A DNA stretch of 64,000 bases, taken from IMG/VR virus record IMGVR_UViG_3300035698_031678, positions 65,296-129,295 of that record, one strand, 5' to 3'. A program made the translations under genes and the position numbers. Under the pieces are notes generated by a model. It worked only from the letters and a program-made list of their open reading frames with translations, ran no database searches and was not told the origin of the DNA. This stretch comes from a virus. The stretch's first letter is position 1. Each line of letters starts with the position of its first letter. Below are positions 20,824 through 31,657 of this stretch, in pieces.

Positions 20824-21052
20824 AATTTTTTTAAGAGATGGAACAACAAAACTTAAGAAGTTTTTAAACTCCACAGAACTAATGTTAGAATACAAAGGAG
20901 ACATAAACTACGGTTGGTATCAAACAGAGATAACCTTTAGTAAGGCAGTAGAAAACATAAAAATAAATAGACCAAATACTATTAATTATGCCGAACAAGT
21001 CGTTAAAAATAATAGCATTCTTGAACTCAGAAGGAAAGGGATGTATCAGTAG
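20810..21052 (+). CDS. hypothetical protein
   Basis: 80-aa coupled ORF. Confidence 0.45.
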   Translation: MKLFRIFLRDGTTKLKKFLNSTELMLEYKGDINYGWYQTEITFSKAVENIKINRPNTINYAEQVVKNNSILELRRKGMYQ

Positions 21053-21380
21053 CAAAAAATTCAGAAGTAGCGTTAATAATAGCCTTTACGTTTATGACAA
21101 ACAAAAAGATCCTTTGTTGGTAAAAGAATACAGCGCTAGCGATAACCTTGGCATATCAACACCAGAAATACATGTTATGGATTCTGGTAGAGACGTATTT
21201 TCAATGATTGGTAATGCTATCGACTTAACTTCACTAAATTCTTTTATAAGAAAAGATTCCGCTACTAAAAGACTGAAAGAAGTTTCCACTATAGCTGTAG
21301 AAGAACCAAAAGAGGAGGTTGAAGAGAAAACCACTAAAAAGGCTTACTCTGGGAGACGAAAGAGGAGTAACAAAAAATAG
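20988..21380 (+). CDS. hypothetical protein with basic C-terminal tail (start uncertain)
   Basis: 130-aa ORF ending GRRKRSNKK. Confidence 0.4.
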   Translation: MPNKSLKIIAFLNSEGKGCISSKKFRSSVNNSLYVYDKQKDPLLVKEYSASDNLGISTPEIHVMDSGRDVFSMIGNAIDLTSLNSFIRKDSATKRLKEVSTIAVEEPKEEVEEKTTKKAYSGRRKRSNKK

Positions 21381-21398
21381 AAACCAGAAACCATTCTT

Positions 21399-21437
21399 TT
21401 TTTAGCGCATTTTTTATTTGCAAAAATGCGCTAAAAA
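21399..21437. terminator. inverted repeat, bidirectional terminator-like
   Basis: TTTTTAGCGCATTTTT / AAAAATGCGCTAAAAA. Confidence 0.6.
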
Positions 21438-21445
21438 ATATCACA

Positions 21446-23350
21446 ATGGGAGATAATAGGTACAGACTGATAAATGAATACGTTTCCACTATAAAAGATG
21501 CTGAAATACAGTACAGATCTGGTACGCCAACTATAACCGACAAGAGTTTTGACGACCTGGTAGATAAACTAAGAGAGTTAGACCCTGGAAACCCAACCTT
21601 AGTAAAAATCATAGGAGAAGTTGTAAAAGGTAAAAAACATAAGTTATCAGTTAGAATGGGTAGCATGGACAAAATCAAGTCCTACGAATTCCTAGAAAAA
21701 TGGATAAAAACCAAAGACTTAGGAGAAACCGAAATGATAATAATGCCTAAGTTTGATGGTATTAGCGTTTTAGGTGATTGTGGGAAATTTTTTACTAGAG
21801 GTGATGATGGTATAGAAGGGGTAGAAATAACCTCCAGGTACATGGCTACTAAAAACAATTATCAATTTCAACCAAATGATATTTTCAGAGGAGAACTGAT
21901 AATAAAAAATTCTGAAACAAAAATTCTGAAAGAGTATGCCTCATTAAGATCAGCAGTAGTTGGTTTAATGAAAGGAGATAGTCCTATTCCAAGTTTGTTA
22001 AAATCTATAGAAATAGTTCCATTTGATCTATTTAGCAGTAACAACACCCTTAAGTCAGAAGACTTAGACTTTATGAAAAAATCTTCTACTAGCAATGTAA
22101 TGGAGTATGAATTGCTTAAAGGGCGTAACATAAAATCAGACCATTTAGAAGAGCTTTTTAATAGATGGAATACGGTTTCACCAATAGATGGAATAATAAT
22201 AGAGGTAAACAACAAGAAAACCAAAGAAGAATTAAGCTACAGAGAATCTAATGGTAACCCTTTAGGGGCGATAGCTTTTAAAAATGATTATGGTGAAAAG
22301 CAAAATTCTGTAGTAACAGCTATAATAAGACAAGTTACTAAAAACGGTAGAATGATACCCATAGCTATAATTGATCCAGTAACTCTTCATGGTGACGTGG
22401 TTACTAGAGCCAACTTAGACAATGACAGATACGCTAAGAAAATAGGTATTGGTGTGGGTTCTAAGGTAGTTGTTAAGAAGAGTGGTAGTATAGTACCAAG
22501 GATAAGCCATATAGAAGGTGTTGATGTAGAAGATATAAAATCTGGCAAAGAAATTAATTCTTTTTGCAAATATGTAACTCCAGAACAGTTTAATAATGGT
22601 AGTTGGGTTTATGACAAAGAAAATATATTCTTTAATCAAAAGGTAGCTACAGAAGGTATGTTAAAAAAACAGCTACTACACTCTTTTAAGATTCTTAAGA
22701 TAAAACATATTGGGGATGCTAAAGTGGAGGAACTATTTAAAATAGGCATCAATAGCTTGGATAAAGTTTTAGAAGCTGACATTAATAAAATTAGAACTAT
22801 TGATAGTTGGAAAAACAAAACCATAACCAGGTATTTTGATGAACTAGAAGAAAAATTATCAAAAGCTAATCTAGCTCAATTTATGCATTCTACTGGAATG
22901 TTCGAAGGTATAGGAGAACATGCATTGTCTAAGATAATTAACAAAAAGGTTGATGAGGAGATAATTGACGTGGTGGGGGTTGGTGAACATGCCAGCCAAA
23001 TTTATAAAGAAAACATTGGTAGGTTCAATGAAGTTTACCTTGAGCATATAGCAAGAATCAACAATTTTGTTAAAGGCGGTTCTTGAGAAGGCAAAGTTTA
23101 CTGTTTTACTAATTTTAGAGACGAAAAAATAGTAGCCTGGATAGAGGAAAACGGTGGGGAATACAAAAGTTCTATGAGTTCTAAAGTAACCCATCTTGTA
23201 ACACCAAATGATTCCATGAGTAAAAAAGTGGAATCAGCAAAAAACAAAGGTATAGAAATAGTAAATAGGTTTAGTCTAGAGTATTACAAAGATACAAAGA
23301 TAGAGACCAAAACGATTGATGTATCTAACAGCGCTAACATGTTATTTTAA
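21446..23350 (+). CDS. ligA: NAD-dependent DNA ligase; C-terminal BRCT domain lies beyond an in-frame TGA at 23084-23086
   Basis: Y..G.P.ITD..FD, KFDG adenylation motif, RGE, DGIII, AFK, HhH repeats; after the TGA the frame continues EGKVYCFTNFRD...GG...VTHLV...KVESAKNKGIEIV to TAA at 23350. Confidence 0.88.
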
Positions 23351-23359
23351 AACAAAAAG

Positions 23360-23737
23360 ATGGTATCATTTAGAGAGTACTTAGAAAGTAAAGTAAGGGA
23401 ATGCAATTCTAATGTTGGACAGGAAAGAGAAAGCTGGCTTTACAAAGATGTATTGGAAAAATATAACAAGGAGTTTCTTGTTTTGAAAAATCCAGAAGAA
23501 GGTGTATCTTTCTTAAGATCTGTATATGGAGTAGGAGACAAACTTATTTTAGATGGAATACACGAAGTAAACTTAGTTAGCCAAACTTCTGGTAGATTGT
23601 ATTCAGAGGTTAGAGGTAAGAGTGATACAGTTTGGTCTGTAATGACAGTAAGGCTTAGACCAAAATTCCTCAAAAATTATAGTATAAAAGAAACTGAAAA
23701 AAGTTTAATAGATTATTATATTGTTAATAAAAACTAA
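23360..23737 (+). CDS. hypothetical protein
   Basis: 125-aa ORF. Confidence 0.5.
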   Translation: MVSFREYLESKVRECNSNVGQERESWLYKDVLEKYNKEFLVLKNPEEGVSFLRSVYGVGDKLILDGIHEVNLVSQTSGRLYSEVRGKSDTVWSVMTVRLRPKFLKNYSIKETEKSLIDYYIVNKN

Positions 23738-23740
23738 AAA

Positions 23741-24091
23741 ATGAAAACAGAAATTCAATTATCAGATGAAGACAAAACTTTACTACTTAATGTTAGGTGG
23801 GGCAATAACATCTATATCAACAACAACATATCTTCTAAAGGGATAGCAGAACATGTAACCGTTGGAACTATAGCTAGAATAGAAGGCAGTATTAAGTTTG
23901 CACTCACTCAATTTGGAGAATATATTTTTAGTCTATTGGTGCTAAAAATGTGTGAAGAGATAAGAAAAGAATCATACTGCAGTATGATGTCTGCTAATAG
24001 CATGTTGGTAAAATACAATTATCGTTACAATGCTGCTTTGAGAGGAGTACTTAAAAAAGAATACCTAAAAACAGGGTCACTTGCTAAGTAG
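23741..24091 (+). CDS. hypothetical protein
   Basis: 116-aa ORF. Confidence 0.5.
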   Translation: MKTEIQLSDEDKTLLLNVRWGNNIYINNNISSKGIAEHVTVGTIARIEGSIKFALTQFGEYIFSLLVLKMCEEIRKESYCSMMSANSMLVKYNYRYNAALRGVLKKEYLKTGSLAK

Positions 24092-24575
24092 TGTCAAAAA
24101 GAAACATCTAATGGTAATTACTAAAAAACAAGAAAACAAGATAATAGACGACATTTTAAATCTTATACTTATAGAATTCAAAGGTAGAACTGATAAAGGT
24201 GGAACACATTACCTGGTACACATTTTACACGTTGCCTCTAAAGTACACAGGTTTGGTTGGGAGTACTATGCAGCTGCATTACTGCACGATCTAATTGAAG
24301 ATACTGATTGGACTATTAGCTTGTTAAGAAAAGAATACCCCAGAATACCTATTAGCATAATATCTGCAGTAGAACTTCTCACCAAATGTGATGGAGTTGA
24401 TTACGAAGAATACATAGATTCTATAACTTACAACAGAATTGCTAGAAAAGTTAAAGAGGCAGATCTAACTCACAATATGAACGTAATGAGGTTAAAGCAA
24501 CTAAAACCGAAAGATATTGTAAACCTGGAAAAATATAGGGTGGCGCTAGACAGAATAATAAAATTTAACCCATGA
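24081..24575 (+). CDS. RelA/SpoT-type HD hydrolase (small alarmone hydrolase/Mesh1-like)
   Basis: DKGG.HY..H, AALLHDLIEDTD and VKEADLTHN motifs. Confidence 0.8.
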   Translation: MLSSVKKKHLMVITKKQENKIIDDILNLILIEFKGRTDKGGTHYLVHILHVASKVHRFGWEYYAAALLHDLIEDTDWTISLLRKEYPRIPISIISAVELLTKCDGVDYEEYIDSITYNRIARKVKEADLTHNMNVMRLKQLKPKDIVNLEKYRVALDRIIKFNP

Positions 24576-24751
24576 TTTTAGGAGATAACGTATACCACAG
24601 ATTCAGAATTGATAATGACAATAAAGTTATGGCTGGCTACAGCGGTATTGTTAGAGTTATAGAAAGCGGTATAAACGGTAGAATTGGAGTAGAAATAAAT
24701 GGAGAAATTAGATTCTTCAGCAAAATAGATCTAGCAATAAAAAATAAATAA
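24572..24751 (+). CDS. small hypothetical protein (59 aa, absent from the ORF track)
   Basis: MILGDNVYHRF...KIDLAIKNK; ATGA overlap and fills the gap. Confidence 0.5.
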   Translation: MILGDNVYHRFRIDNDNKVMAGYSGIVRVIESGINGRIGVEINGEIRFFSKIDLAIKNK

Positions 24752-24752
24752 T

Positions 24753-25097
24753 ATGAGCAACTTTCCAGAAAACCATAAAGAAACAATACTTTGTGCTGCA
24801 ATATGGTATAAAGATTTAGTATTAGAAAGACCAGAAGTATTAGAACCCAAAAATTATAGACCAAACAATTGTGATAGAGGCATAGTTTTTTCTGGATGGA
24901 GACATGCAAATTGTTTATACCAAATGGTAGCAATTAAAGGAATTAAGGACTTTGAAGCTGGGGAAAGTGTTCAAGGATTTTTGACCAATAAAAATAGATT
25001 TGTTGATCGTAAAGAAGCTGCTAAAATAGCTATGGAACATGGGCAAATAACAAAACTTCACTATGGTAATAAGCTTTATAGCGAAGACCTTTACTAA
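24753..25097 (+). CDS. conserved phage hypothetical protein
   Basis: ILCAAIW, G.RH, QGFLTNKNRFVDRKEA and LYSEDLY motifs. Confidence 0.65.
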   Translation: MSNFPENHKETILCAAIWYKDLVLERPEVLEPKNYRPNNCDRGIVFSGWRHANCLYQMVAIKGIKDFEAGESVQGFLTNKNRFVDRKEAAKIAMEHGQITKLHYGNKLYSEDLY

Positions 25098-25108
25098 TAA
25101 TTAAAATT

Positions 25109-25387
25109 ATGGAAATTTTACAAGTAGCATTAGAAATACTAATAGAACTATTGTTAGTCTTAGTAATTCTAAGTTGTTTTTACGCTGTCATTATAGTAAG
25201 ATTCAAAAAGAATGAATTAGATAAAGACATGTGGGATAGCAAAAGGGAAAAATTTTGTAGTATGAATCGACTTGAGTACGTAGAAGAAATAAACAAAATT
25301 GAAAAAAAGAAAAAGTTGGCTTTCAAAATAATAGATGCAACATTTTTTACTATAACAATATTAGCAATAATAAGATTATCCATATAA
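25109..25387 (+). CDS. two-TM membrane protein
   Basis: hydrophobic N- and C-termini. Confidence 0.5.
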   Translation: MEILQVALEILIELLLVLVILSCFYAVIIVRFKKNELDKDMWDSKREKFCSMNRLEYVEEINKIEKKKKLAFKIIDATFFTITILAIIRLSI

Positions 25388-25396
25388 CAGAAAGAA

Positions 25397-25687
25397 ATGG
25401 CAAGACCAGTAGGTTACAAAGAAATGAAAAATTATGGTGGAATGCTCGACAAAGATAGCAACGTAGAACTTATCGTTAGGAACTTACCTTTAAGGTTGTT
25501 TTACTACAACAATTACCTAAGAGAAACGTTAGAAATAGCATGTTCTTCGTACTTTACAACAATAGAAGGAACAGAACTCTACATTTACAGTGTTAACGAA
25601 AACGTTTACGGAACAAGTAATACTTTTTTGGATAAAAAAAGGTTAAAGCCCTTTGACCAGACTAAGTATGTTAGGATTAAGGATTAG
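25397..25687 (+). CDS. hypothetical protein
   Basis: 96-aa ORF. Confidence 0.5.
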   Translation: MARPVGYKEMKNYGGMLDKDSNVELIVRNLPLRLFYYNNYLRETLEIACSSYFTTIEGTELYIYSVNENVYGTSNTFLDKKRLKPFDQTKYVRIKD

Positions 25688-26363
25688 TCTTTACAAATTC
25701 GATCAAGGTTTTTAGTCCAAAATAAGAATCAACTATGTCTTCTACAGGATGATTTACATTTTTAGTACCACTCTTGTAGAATTCAGCGTTTTTCCCTATA
25801 ACTTGAGCTAGTGGATATTTAGCATCTTTAATGTAAGCCTCTAACATTTGTTGTTTGTTCCAATTGCCGTTACCAGCCATTTTTTTGAGGTCTTGGGGTT
25901 GAAACCAGTACATGTGTTCTAAAGGAAATTCTTGAACTAGTAAATTTTTTAAACTAGTAGCTGAAGAAACTAACTTTATAGTACTGTTACTTTTGACACT
26001 TACAGGAAAATCTTCCCAACCTAATAAGGTAGTGCTAAAGTCTAAGTCATCTAAAAAAGTAGTAATTGCTTGTATAAACACATCAGCTATTCTCAAATCA
26101 GAATCGGTTTCTATCCTATTGTATTCGCTAGGATTACCCTTTGGTCTAGAAATTGGGCTTCTTCTGAAAATGTTAACATCTATTAAGTCATATATGCCTT
26201 TGAAACAATTGTGTTTAGAGACATCAAATTCTTCTAATTTAGAAATAGAGTAATGGTTAAGCAAAACCATGTGTTCTGTGCGCTTAGTGAGCACGTTGTA
26301 TTTTGCTACTGAAATGCAAGTAGTGCTTGAATCTATAAATACGTAATCTTCTATACCTTTCAT
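25677..26363 (-). CDS. RuvC-like Holliday junction resolvase
   Basis: FIDSS, GWED, LKKMAGNGNWNKQQM and EDIVDSY RNase H-fold acidic motifs. Confidence 0.75.
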   Translation of the reverse strand: MKGIEDYVFIDSSTTCISVAKYNVLTKRTEHMVLLNHYSISKLEEFDVSKHNCFKGIYDLIDVNIFRRSPISRPKGNPSEYNRIETDSDLRIADVFIQAITTFLDDLDFSTTLLGWEDFPVSVKSNSTIKLVSSATSLKNLLVQEFPLEHMYWFQPQDLKKMAGNGNWNKQQMLEAYIKDAKYPLAQVIGKNAEFYKSGTKNVNHPVEDIVDSYFGLKTLIEFVKTNP

Positions 26364-26557
26364 TACCTTGATTTTGCCCTGTTTGATTCCATTTTACTTC
26401 TCATTCTATCATTTTCTTGCTTCTGTTCATCAGCATTCTTTTTCCTTTGCTTAAGTTCTTCAATATAGTCATTTAAATAAATGCAAAATTCATTGAAGGG
26501 TAAGGACTCTATTACGGAAGGTGGAATGCTTTTGTCTAGTAAGAAGTTACTAGTCAT
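26363..26557 (-). CDS. baseplate hub assembly protein, T4 gp51-like
   Basis: IESLPFNEFCIYLNDYIEEL pattern directly after the gp26-like gene. Confidence 0.6.
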   Translation of the reverse strand: MTSNFLLDKSIPPSVIESLPFNEFCIYLNDYIEELKQRKKNADEQKQENDRMRSKMESNRAKSR

Positions 26558-27503
26558 CTGAAAGTAACTCGACAGCTCTATTTGAAAAAGAGAAAATAGA
26601 TTTGTAGTCTCGAAACCGAATAGGTACGGAAACCTCCTCGATTCCGAACTTTACCTTAATATTCGTTTTTATTCCTAAAGAGATACCATCTATAACTGCC
26701 ACTAATACTTCATGAGATTCTTGACCAAGGTTTCTATACCAGTCTAATTTCTCATCATAGTAATTTTCTGATTCTAACATTCTATAATCAGAAACAACGT
26801 ATTGAAGTACTTTTAAAAAGTACTCATCATAAGTTCCATCTTCTCCTTGCTGAGATTGTACTGTTTTAGCGGATATAAAATCTTTTATCCATCTTATAGT
26901 ACCAACAGTAGGTATGTAGAACTTTAGATCTATTATTTCATCACTAGAATCGCTTTGGACATGGTAGCAAAGACCATCCTCTGAATAGTGCTTAGCTATA
27001 CCTTTTCTGATTCTGTAGTAATCAAATATGGTGTGATTTATTTCAATTTCAACTTCTTTAGATGGGTCTTTAGGATTCTTTATTCTTTGAGTTAGTTTCC
27101 TTTTGGCATCATAATTAAGCATTGTTTTTTCTCTAAGTAAGAAAAGAAAGTGTAACTTATCGAAATTAGTAAGATGTTTACTATCTCTTTCTTCTTTACC
27201 AGCCCAGACTATTCTAATGTTTCTATACATTATTTCATCTATGTGTCTTTCTATACTTACATAAGATTTAACGTCCATAGTAGAATAGTGCTTTATTTCA
27301 CTAGCCTTAGGAGATTTTATTTTTACGTAAGTATTTTTGGGGTAATATTTCCCTTCACTAGGGGCTTCAGAAACAGATAATTCAGTCCAACCTTCAGAAG
27401 ATGCTGAATCTGGCAAGTGTGGTCTTTCTTGCTTTGGTTCTACAGTGGAAGCAACTTCTTGCTTGCTGAAGTTGTCTTTTAATTTGTCTTCGATATCACT
27501 CAT
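26550..27503 (-). CDS. baseplate hub assembly chaperone, T4 gp26-like
   Basis: PSEGKYYP, L..FDK.HFLFLLR and F..PT.G motifs. Confidence 0.65.
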   Translation of the reverse strand: MSDIEDKLKDNFSKQEVASTVEPKQERPHLPDSASSEGWTELSVSEAPSEGKYYPKNTYVKIKSPKASEIKHYSTMDVKSYVSIERHIDEIMYRNIRIVWAGKEERDSKHLTNFDKLHFLFLLREKTMLNYDAKRKLTQRIKNPKDPSKEVEIEINHTIFDYYRIRKGIAKHYSEDGLCYHVQSDSSDEIIDLKFYIPTVGTIRWIKDFISAKTVQSQQGEDGTYDEYFLKVLQYVVSDYRMLESENYYDEKLDWYRNLGQESHEVLVAVIDGISLGIKTNIKVKFGIEEVSVPIRFRDYKSIFSFSNRAVELLSDD

Positions 27504-27505
27504 AT

Positions 27506-28333
27506 TTAAAATCCTTTCTTATCTAAAATAAGTAATTTGAAATTGTTAGGTTCTATAGCCATGTACAATAGTTTCAAATATGCTCCAGCCGAATTATCAT
27601 GGGTAGGTTCATCGTCATGTGGCACTACGGCAAATCCTTCGGTAGTCATTTTGGCAAAGTATTCGGCAGTATCCGTACCGTTATACATTTTCAATGTGTC
27701 TCCAGAATTCTTTTTAGCTATGTATATCTCTATTTCTTGACCTTCTATGAGGTTAGTATTGTTTATTTTCAGCAAGGCTTCACCACTTCCAGTCAAAGTT
27801 TGACCATTGTTTGAAAGATCTAAAAATATTTTAGTACCAAGCAATTTTACGTTTAGTGGCGTAGATGCTGTAGCGCCAATATTGGTTTGGCTAATCGCTA
27901 CGTTACTGTGCTTATTGACAAGAACGTTATTGGCATGGTTGAGATTTATTACACCTTTAAAAGAAGCAAGTCCTGTAAAATCTGCTACTTCACTAATAGT
28001 CATTTTCTTGTAAGTAGAGGCATCATCACCGTTAACTATTATTTTGTTTGATATAATGTTACCAGCAGCATCAATAGACAATTTAGAAGATCCACCAGCT
28101 GGTCTAACGTCTAATATTTTCCCAGATGAAGCAACAGCTATAATAGCAGAACAAGCAATTTCACCATTACCTGGATCTATTACATCTACCAACTTTAACT
28201 TTCTGGTATCAGGATTCAAATTCTTCAATAAAGAATTAATAGCTTCCTGTATTATACCATAGTTTTCATTGAAAATTTCTGGGGCGTTTTGTATTGCATT
28301 GCTAGAGTCAATGCTTGTTAATGAAATTGCCAT
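27506..28333 (-). CDS. putative virion structural/fiber protein
   Basis: I.FNENY..I N-terminal motif, beta-rich; TAAATA upstream. Confidence 0.45.
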   Translation of the reverse strand: MAISLTSIDSSNAIQNAPEIFNENYGIIQEAINSLLKNLNPDTRKLKLVDVIDPGNGEIACSAIIAVASSGKILDVRPAGGSSKLSIDAAGNIISNKIIVNGDDASTYKKMTISEVADFTGLASFKGVINLNHANNVLVNKHSNVAISQTNIGATASTPLNVKLLGTKIFLDLSNNGQTLTGSGEALLKINNTNLIEGQEIEIYIAKKNSGDTLKMYNGTDTAEYFAKMTTEGFAVVPHDDEPTHDNSAGAYLKLLYMAIEPNNFKLLILDKKGF

Positions 28334-28405
28334 TTTACGATTTTTAAATGTGTTCTATATATTTATCTGATAATAAATAACTAACAAACAAGAAATTTTT
28401 TTAAA

Positions 28406-31400
28406 TTGGATATCAAGAAAATACTTAAGGAGATAGGGAGAACAGACAGCAATGCTGTTTCACTAATTAACGCATTATTACAAATGCAAAGTACTAGTTC
28501 TAAAAGCGTTAGTATAAATTGGGAGTCTGTAGATGGTTCTTTAAGCACGATACAAATTCCTAGTATTACAAAATTATTAGGAGAAATATCCTTGTTGAAA
28601 GACACCCTAAAAGAAATAACCAAGCCGAATCTTAAAAAGATAACCTTGGTAGGTAATGGTAACAATGTATCCACACTGATATTGCAAGAACCAATGCAAG
28701 AACCAGAATCATTTAGCTTTCCTAAAATCATAACAAAACATTCTTTAGAGCTTAACCTTGACAGTCAATTAAAGAATGAAGAACACTACGCTTTAGTAGA
28801 AAACGCTACTTTGTACAAAGGCTTTGAATTTAAGAAGTACATCATATCCAATTCAGACTACTTCAGAGAGAATTTATTACAAAAGAATTTTAGCGAATTA
28901 GAACTTTTAAGTCTGATACAGGATTCCAATTCTCCTTACACTGTAGAAAAAGGTAGAGTATTAACTGGTATTAGCGAATTTAAAGATAGTGGTAGTTTTA
29001 TAGTTACCTCAATTAGCGGTAGTAAAGTAAAACTAAGTACCACTTCTTACAGAAATTATGAAAATAGAGAACTGAACCTTCAAGAAGGTCAAAACCTAAT
29101 TCTTAATAGAGACACCTTATTCAAAATAGAAACTATAAACACCTTGGAAAATCAGGTGGTGTTGTCTAAAACTAGCGGTAATAGTATATTGACATCATCT
29201 TCTAACCTTAAGTTGCAAGGAGAAGTTACTACACCAAACATAAAGATTCCAATTGGCAAAGAAAGTAATTTTTTTGTATTCCTTAGAGCTATAGACTTAG
29301 AAAAAAACGTTGTTAGCATAGATTGGGGTAAAGGTCAGGGTGTTATTCCATCTTTACTATTAGATAGTGCTAACGTTCCTTTAGACCAAACTACTATTGT
29401 AGATTACATAAGCTCTATAAAAGCCATATCTGAAGACAGTATCTTGTCTAATGTAAACATAGAGATTCCTAACATACCAGTTATTTCTTTAGATAATTTT
29501 ACTGTTTCTACATTAAATCTGCACAAGAAACAAGACTCTAGGATAGTAGAATTACAAAATCTAAAGAGTAAAAGAATAGAAATAACAGAGAAGGTAAACG
29601 CTAATAACGAAAGTTTAGGTGAAATACAGTCTGAATTGTCTTTGTTAGATAGTTCCAAAGTAGAAGATCAAAAAGGTATAAACATACTAAAAGAAGAAGA
29701 ACTTAAGTATGTAAGAGAAAATGAAAAACTAAATTCCCAAGTAACTAGCATAAGTAACCAATTGTTACAAAACTTCGAAGGTACGGAAGAATTTAAAGCT
29801 AAGTTTGGTATAGTAGGTGTTGTAGAATATCCGCAATCAAAAAATGGTCAGCTAATAAGAGGACTAGAATTAGAATACAGGTATTTAACGGTAGAAGGCT
29901 TAGCGGTAGAGCTTAACAGTAAAGAGGTTATAAAGTCAGGTAAGAAAGCAAGATTAGCCCCAAGTAAGTGGATAAAATATCCTAAGACTTTCAGAAAAAA
30001 GAACTTGTTAGGAAATTTTGATGAAGAAGATTTAGAAAACATTGACGTAAACACACCTAACCAATTTATAGTTCCAATAACAAGAAACGAAATTGTAGAA
30101 GTTAGAGTTAGAAGTATTAGTGATGCTGGTTATCCTTTAAAAGAAATATCTAGCGACTGGTCAGAAAGCGTTAAGTTTAATTTCCCAGAAAGCCTTATAG
30201 AAAACAGTAATTCTATAGTTAAAGAGATAGAAAAAGAGAAAAACAATAAGGAATTTCAAGAAGAATTTGGTAGAAGGAAATTAAACGGTCACACTAATGA
30301 CACATTTAATGAGAAAGATAAAACCTTTGCACATAAACTTGAAAATTTAGCTACCACCTATAAAACGCCTGAAGAAGCCACACAAGATGCCCAAAGTGCT
30401 ATGGACGAGTTAAAACTCAGAATAAACACTTTAGAAAAAATGTTGAATTCTACTAAGGGTAAGATCTCAATGAGGATATTAGATTCTAACGATAGAGAAG
30501 TAGCCATAGTTAAGAACAATGAAGTAGTTAAAATAGATGGTGGTCTTTATTCAGAACTTGTAAAGGATTTGGAAACGAAGAAAGGTGGTCTAATTAACCA
30601 AGATTACAAGATAGAAATAACGAATACAGCTGATGGAGACATTGAAATACTAAGTTACGTACCTGGTAATAAGGAAAGTGGTCTTAGTGAGAATTACGAT
30701 GGCTACATATTCAATAGAGAAGAATATTCTCAATTTAGAAAACAGTACCTAGTACCAATAGCTATGGGTACAGAAGTTTTAGGTGACGAATTTACAAGTT
30801 CTTCTTCTTTTCAAAGTAAACAAGTTCAAGGACAAAACCTCTACGGTAGACACAGAGATATATCTCTTAACAAAGAATTGTATTCAGAACCACTTAATAA
30901 TATAAAAGGTGTTGATGTTACAGGAAATACACAAGAGACATTTGTTTGGAATGTAGGTTCTAACCCAACTTCAGCTAGTGGTAATTTAAGCGATTTTTGT
31001 GTTCACTTGGATCATCCTTTGATAGCTACGGTTGCAAGCAACATAAGCGATTATAACGTAGACCTTACTAAGAAAATAAATTATGATAATGCTTTGAGTC
31101 AGAAGGTTTACAGCCATTTTACTCATTCTGGATTAGCTAGTTTAAGAGAAAAAGAAGCTGGTAGTATCAAGCAATTGTCTTACAGAAACTTCGTGCAGAA
31201 AACATCTTTAGCAAATATTAATGATGTTATTGTTAAAAGTAGATTTGAAGACTTCGATCAATTTTTGATAGGAAGAGACACTTGTGGTCTTTATCTAAAT
31301 TTAAAACCGTCTAATAGAGAAAACAACCAAGTAAACAGTAGTTCTTACAATAAAGGAGAAATACTTGTTAAGGGAGAAAAGTTGATAATACCATTTTCAG

Positions 31401-31594
31401 CTTCTTCAAGACTGACAGACTACTTTGGTGATGGTTCTATAGGTTTGGGTAGAATTGGGGGAGACAATGATTTGTTAAACGTAAAATATACTAAAAGAAT
31501 AGGGTTAGATATACTAATCAAGAATAGGGCTGAAACAGAACTACATTCTTTTGATATAGAGTATTCAATTAAGTATCAAGACAACGACTTATAA
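28406..31594 (+). CDS. large putative virion structural protein
   Basis: 1062 aa with coiled coil and FN3-like VEVRVRSIS...SDWSESV. Confidence 0.5.
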   Translation: MDIKKILKEIGRTDSNAVSLINALLQMQSTSSKSVSINWESVDGSLSTIQIPSITKLLGEISLLKDTLKEITKPNLKKITLVGNGNNVSTLILQEPMQEPESFSFPKIITKHSLELNLDSQLKNEEHYALVENATLYKGFEFKKYIISNSDYFRENLLQKNFSELELLSLIQDSNSPYTVEKGRVLTGISEFKDSGSFIVTSISGSKVKLSTTSYRNYENRELNLQEGQNLILNRDTLFKIETINTLENQVVLSKTSGNSILTSSSNLKLQGEVTTPNIKIPIGKESNFFVFLRAIDLEKNVVSIDWGKGQGVIPSLLLDSANVPLDQTTIVDYISSIKAISEDSILSNVNIEIPNIPVISLDNFTVSTLNLHKKQDSRIVELQNLKSKRIEITEKVNANNESLGEIQSELSLLDSSKVEDQKGINILKEEELKYVRENEKLNSQVTSISNQLLQNFEGTEEFKAKFGIVGVVEYPQSKNGQLIRGLELEYRYLTVEGLAVELNSKEVIKSGKKARLAPSKWIKYPKTFRKKNLLGNFDEEDLENIDVNTPNQFIVPITRNEIVEVRVRSISDAGYPLKEISSDWSESVKFNFPESLIENSNSIVKEIEKEKNNKEFQEEFGRRKLNGHTNDTFNEKDKTFAHKLENLATTYKTPEEATQDAQSAMDELKLRINTLEKMLNSTKGKISMRILDSNDREVAIVKNNEVVKIDGGLYSELVKDLETKKGGLINQDYKIEITNTADGDIEILSYVPGNKESGLSENYDGYIFNREEYSQFRKQYLVPIAMGTEVLGDEFTSSSSFQSKQVQGQNLYGRHRDISLNKELYSEPLNNIKGVDVTGNTQETFVWNVGSNPTSASGNLSDFCVHLDHPLIATVASNISDYNVDLTKKINYDNALSQKVYSHFTHSGLASLREKEAGSIKQLSYRNFVQKTSLANINDVIVKSRFEDFDQFLIGRDTCGLYLNLKPSNRENNQVNSSSYNKGEILVKGEKLIIPFSASSRLTDYFGDGSIGLGRIGGDNDLLNVKYTKRIGLDILIKNRAETELHSFDIEYSIKYQDNDL

Positions 31595-31626
31595 TACTTA
31601 AATATTCTAGAAATTATCTAATAATA

Positions 31627-31657
31627 AAAGAGCGCACCTATTATAGGTGCGCTCTTT
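31627..31657. terminator. bidirectional rho-independent terminator
   Basis: perfect inverted repeat AAAGAGCGCACCTAT-T-ATAGGTGCGCTCTTT between convergent genes. Confidence 0.85.

Noticed and set aside
22871-23194. Minus-strand ORF over the ligase end
   Set aside because: The region is better explained by the in-frame BRCT continuation on the plus strand
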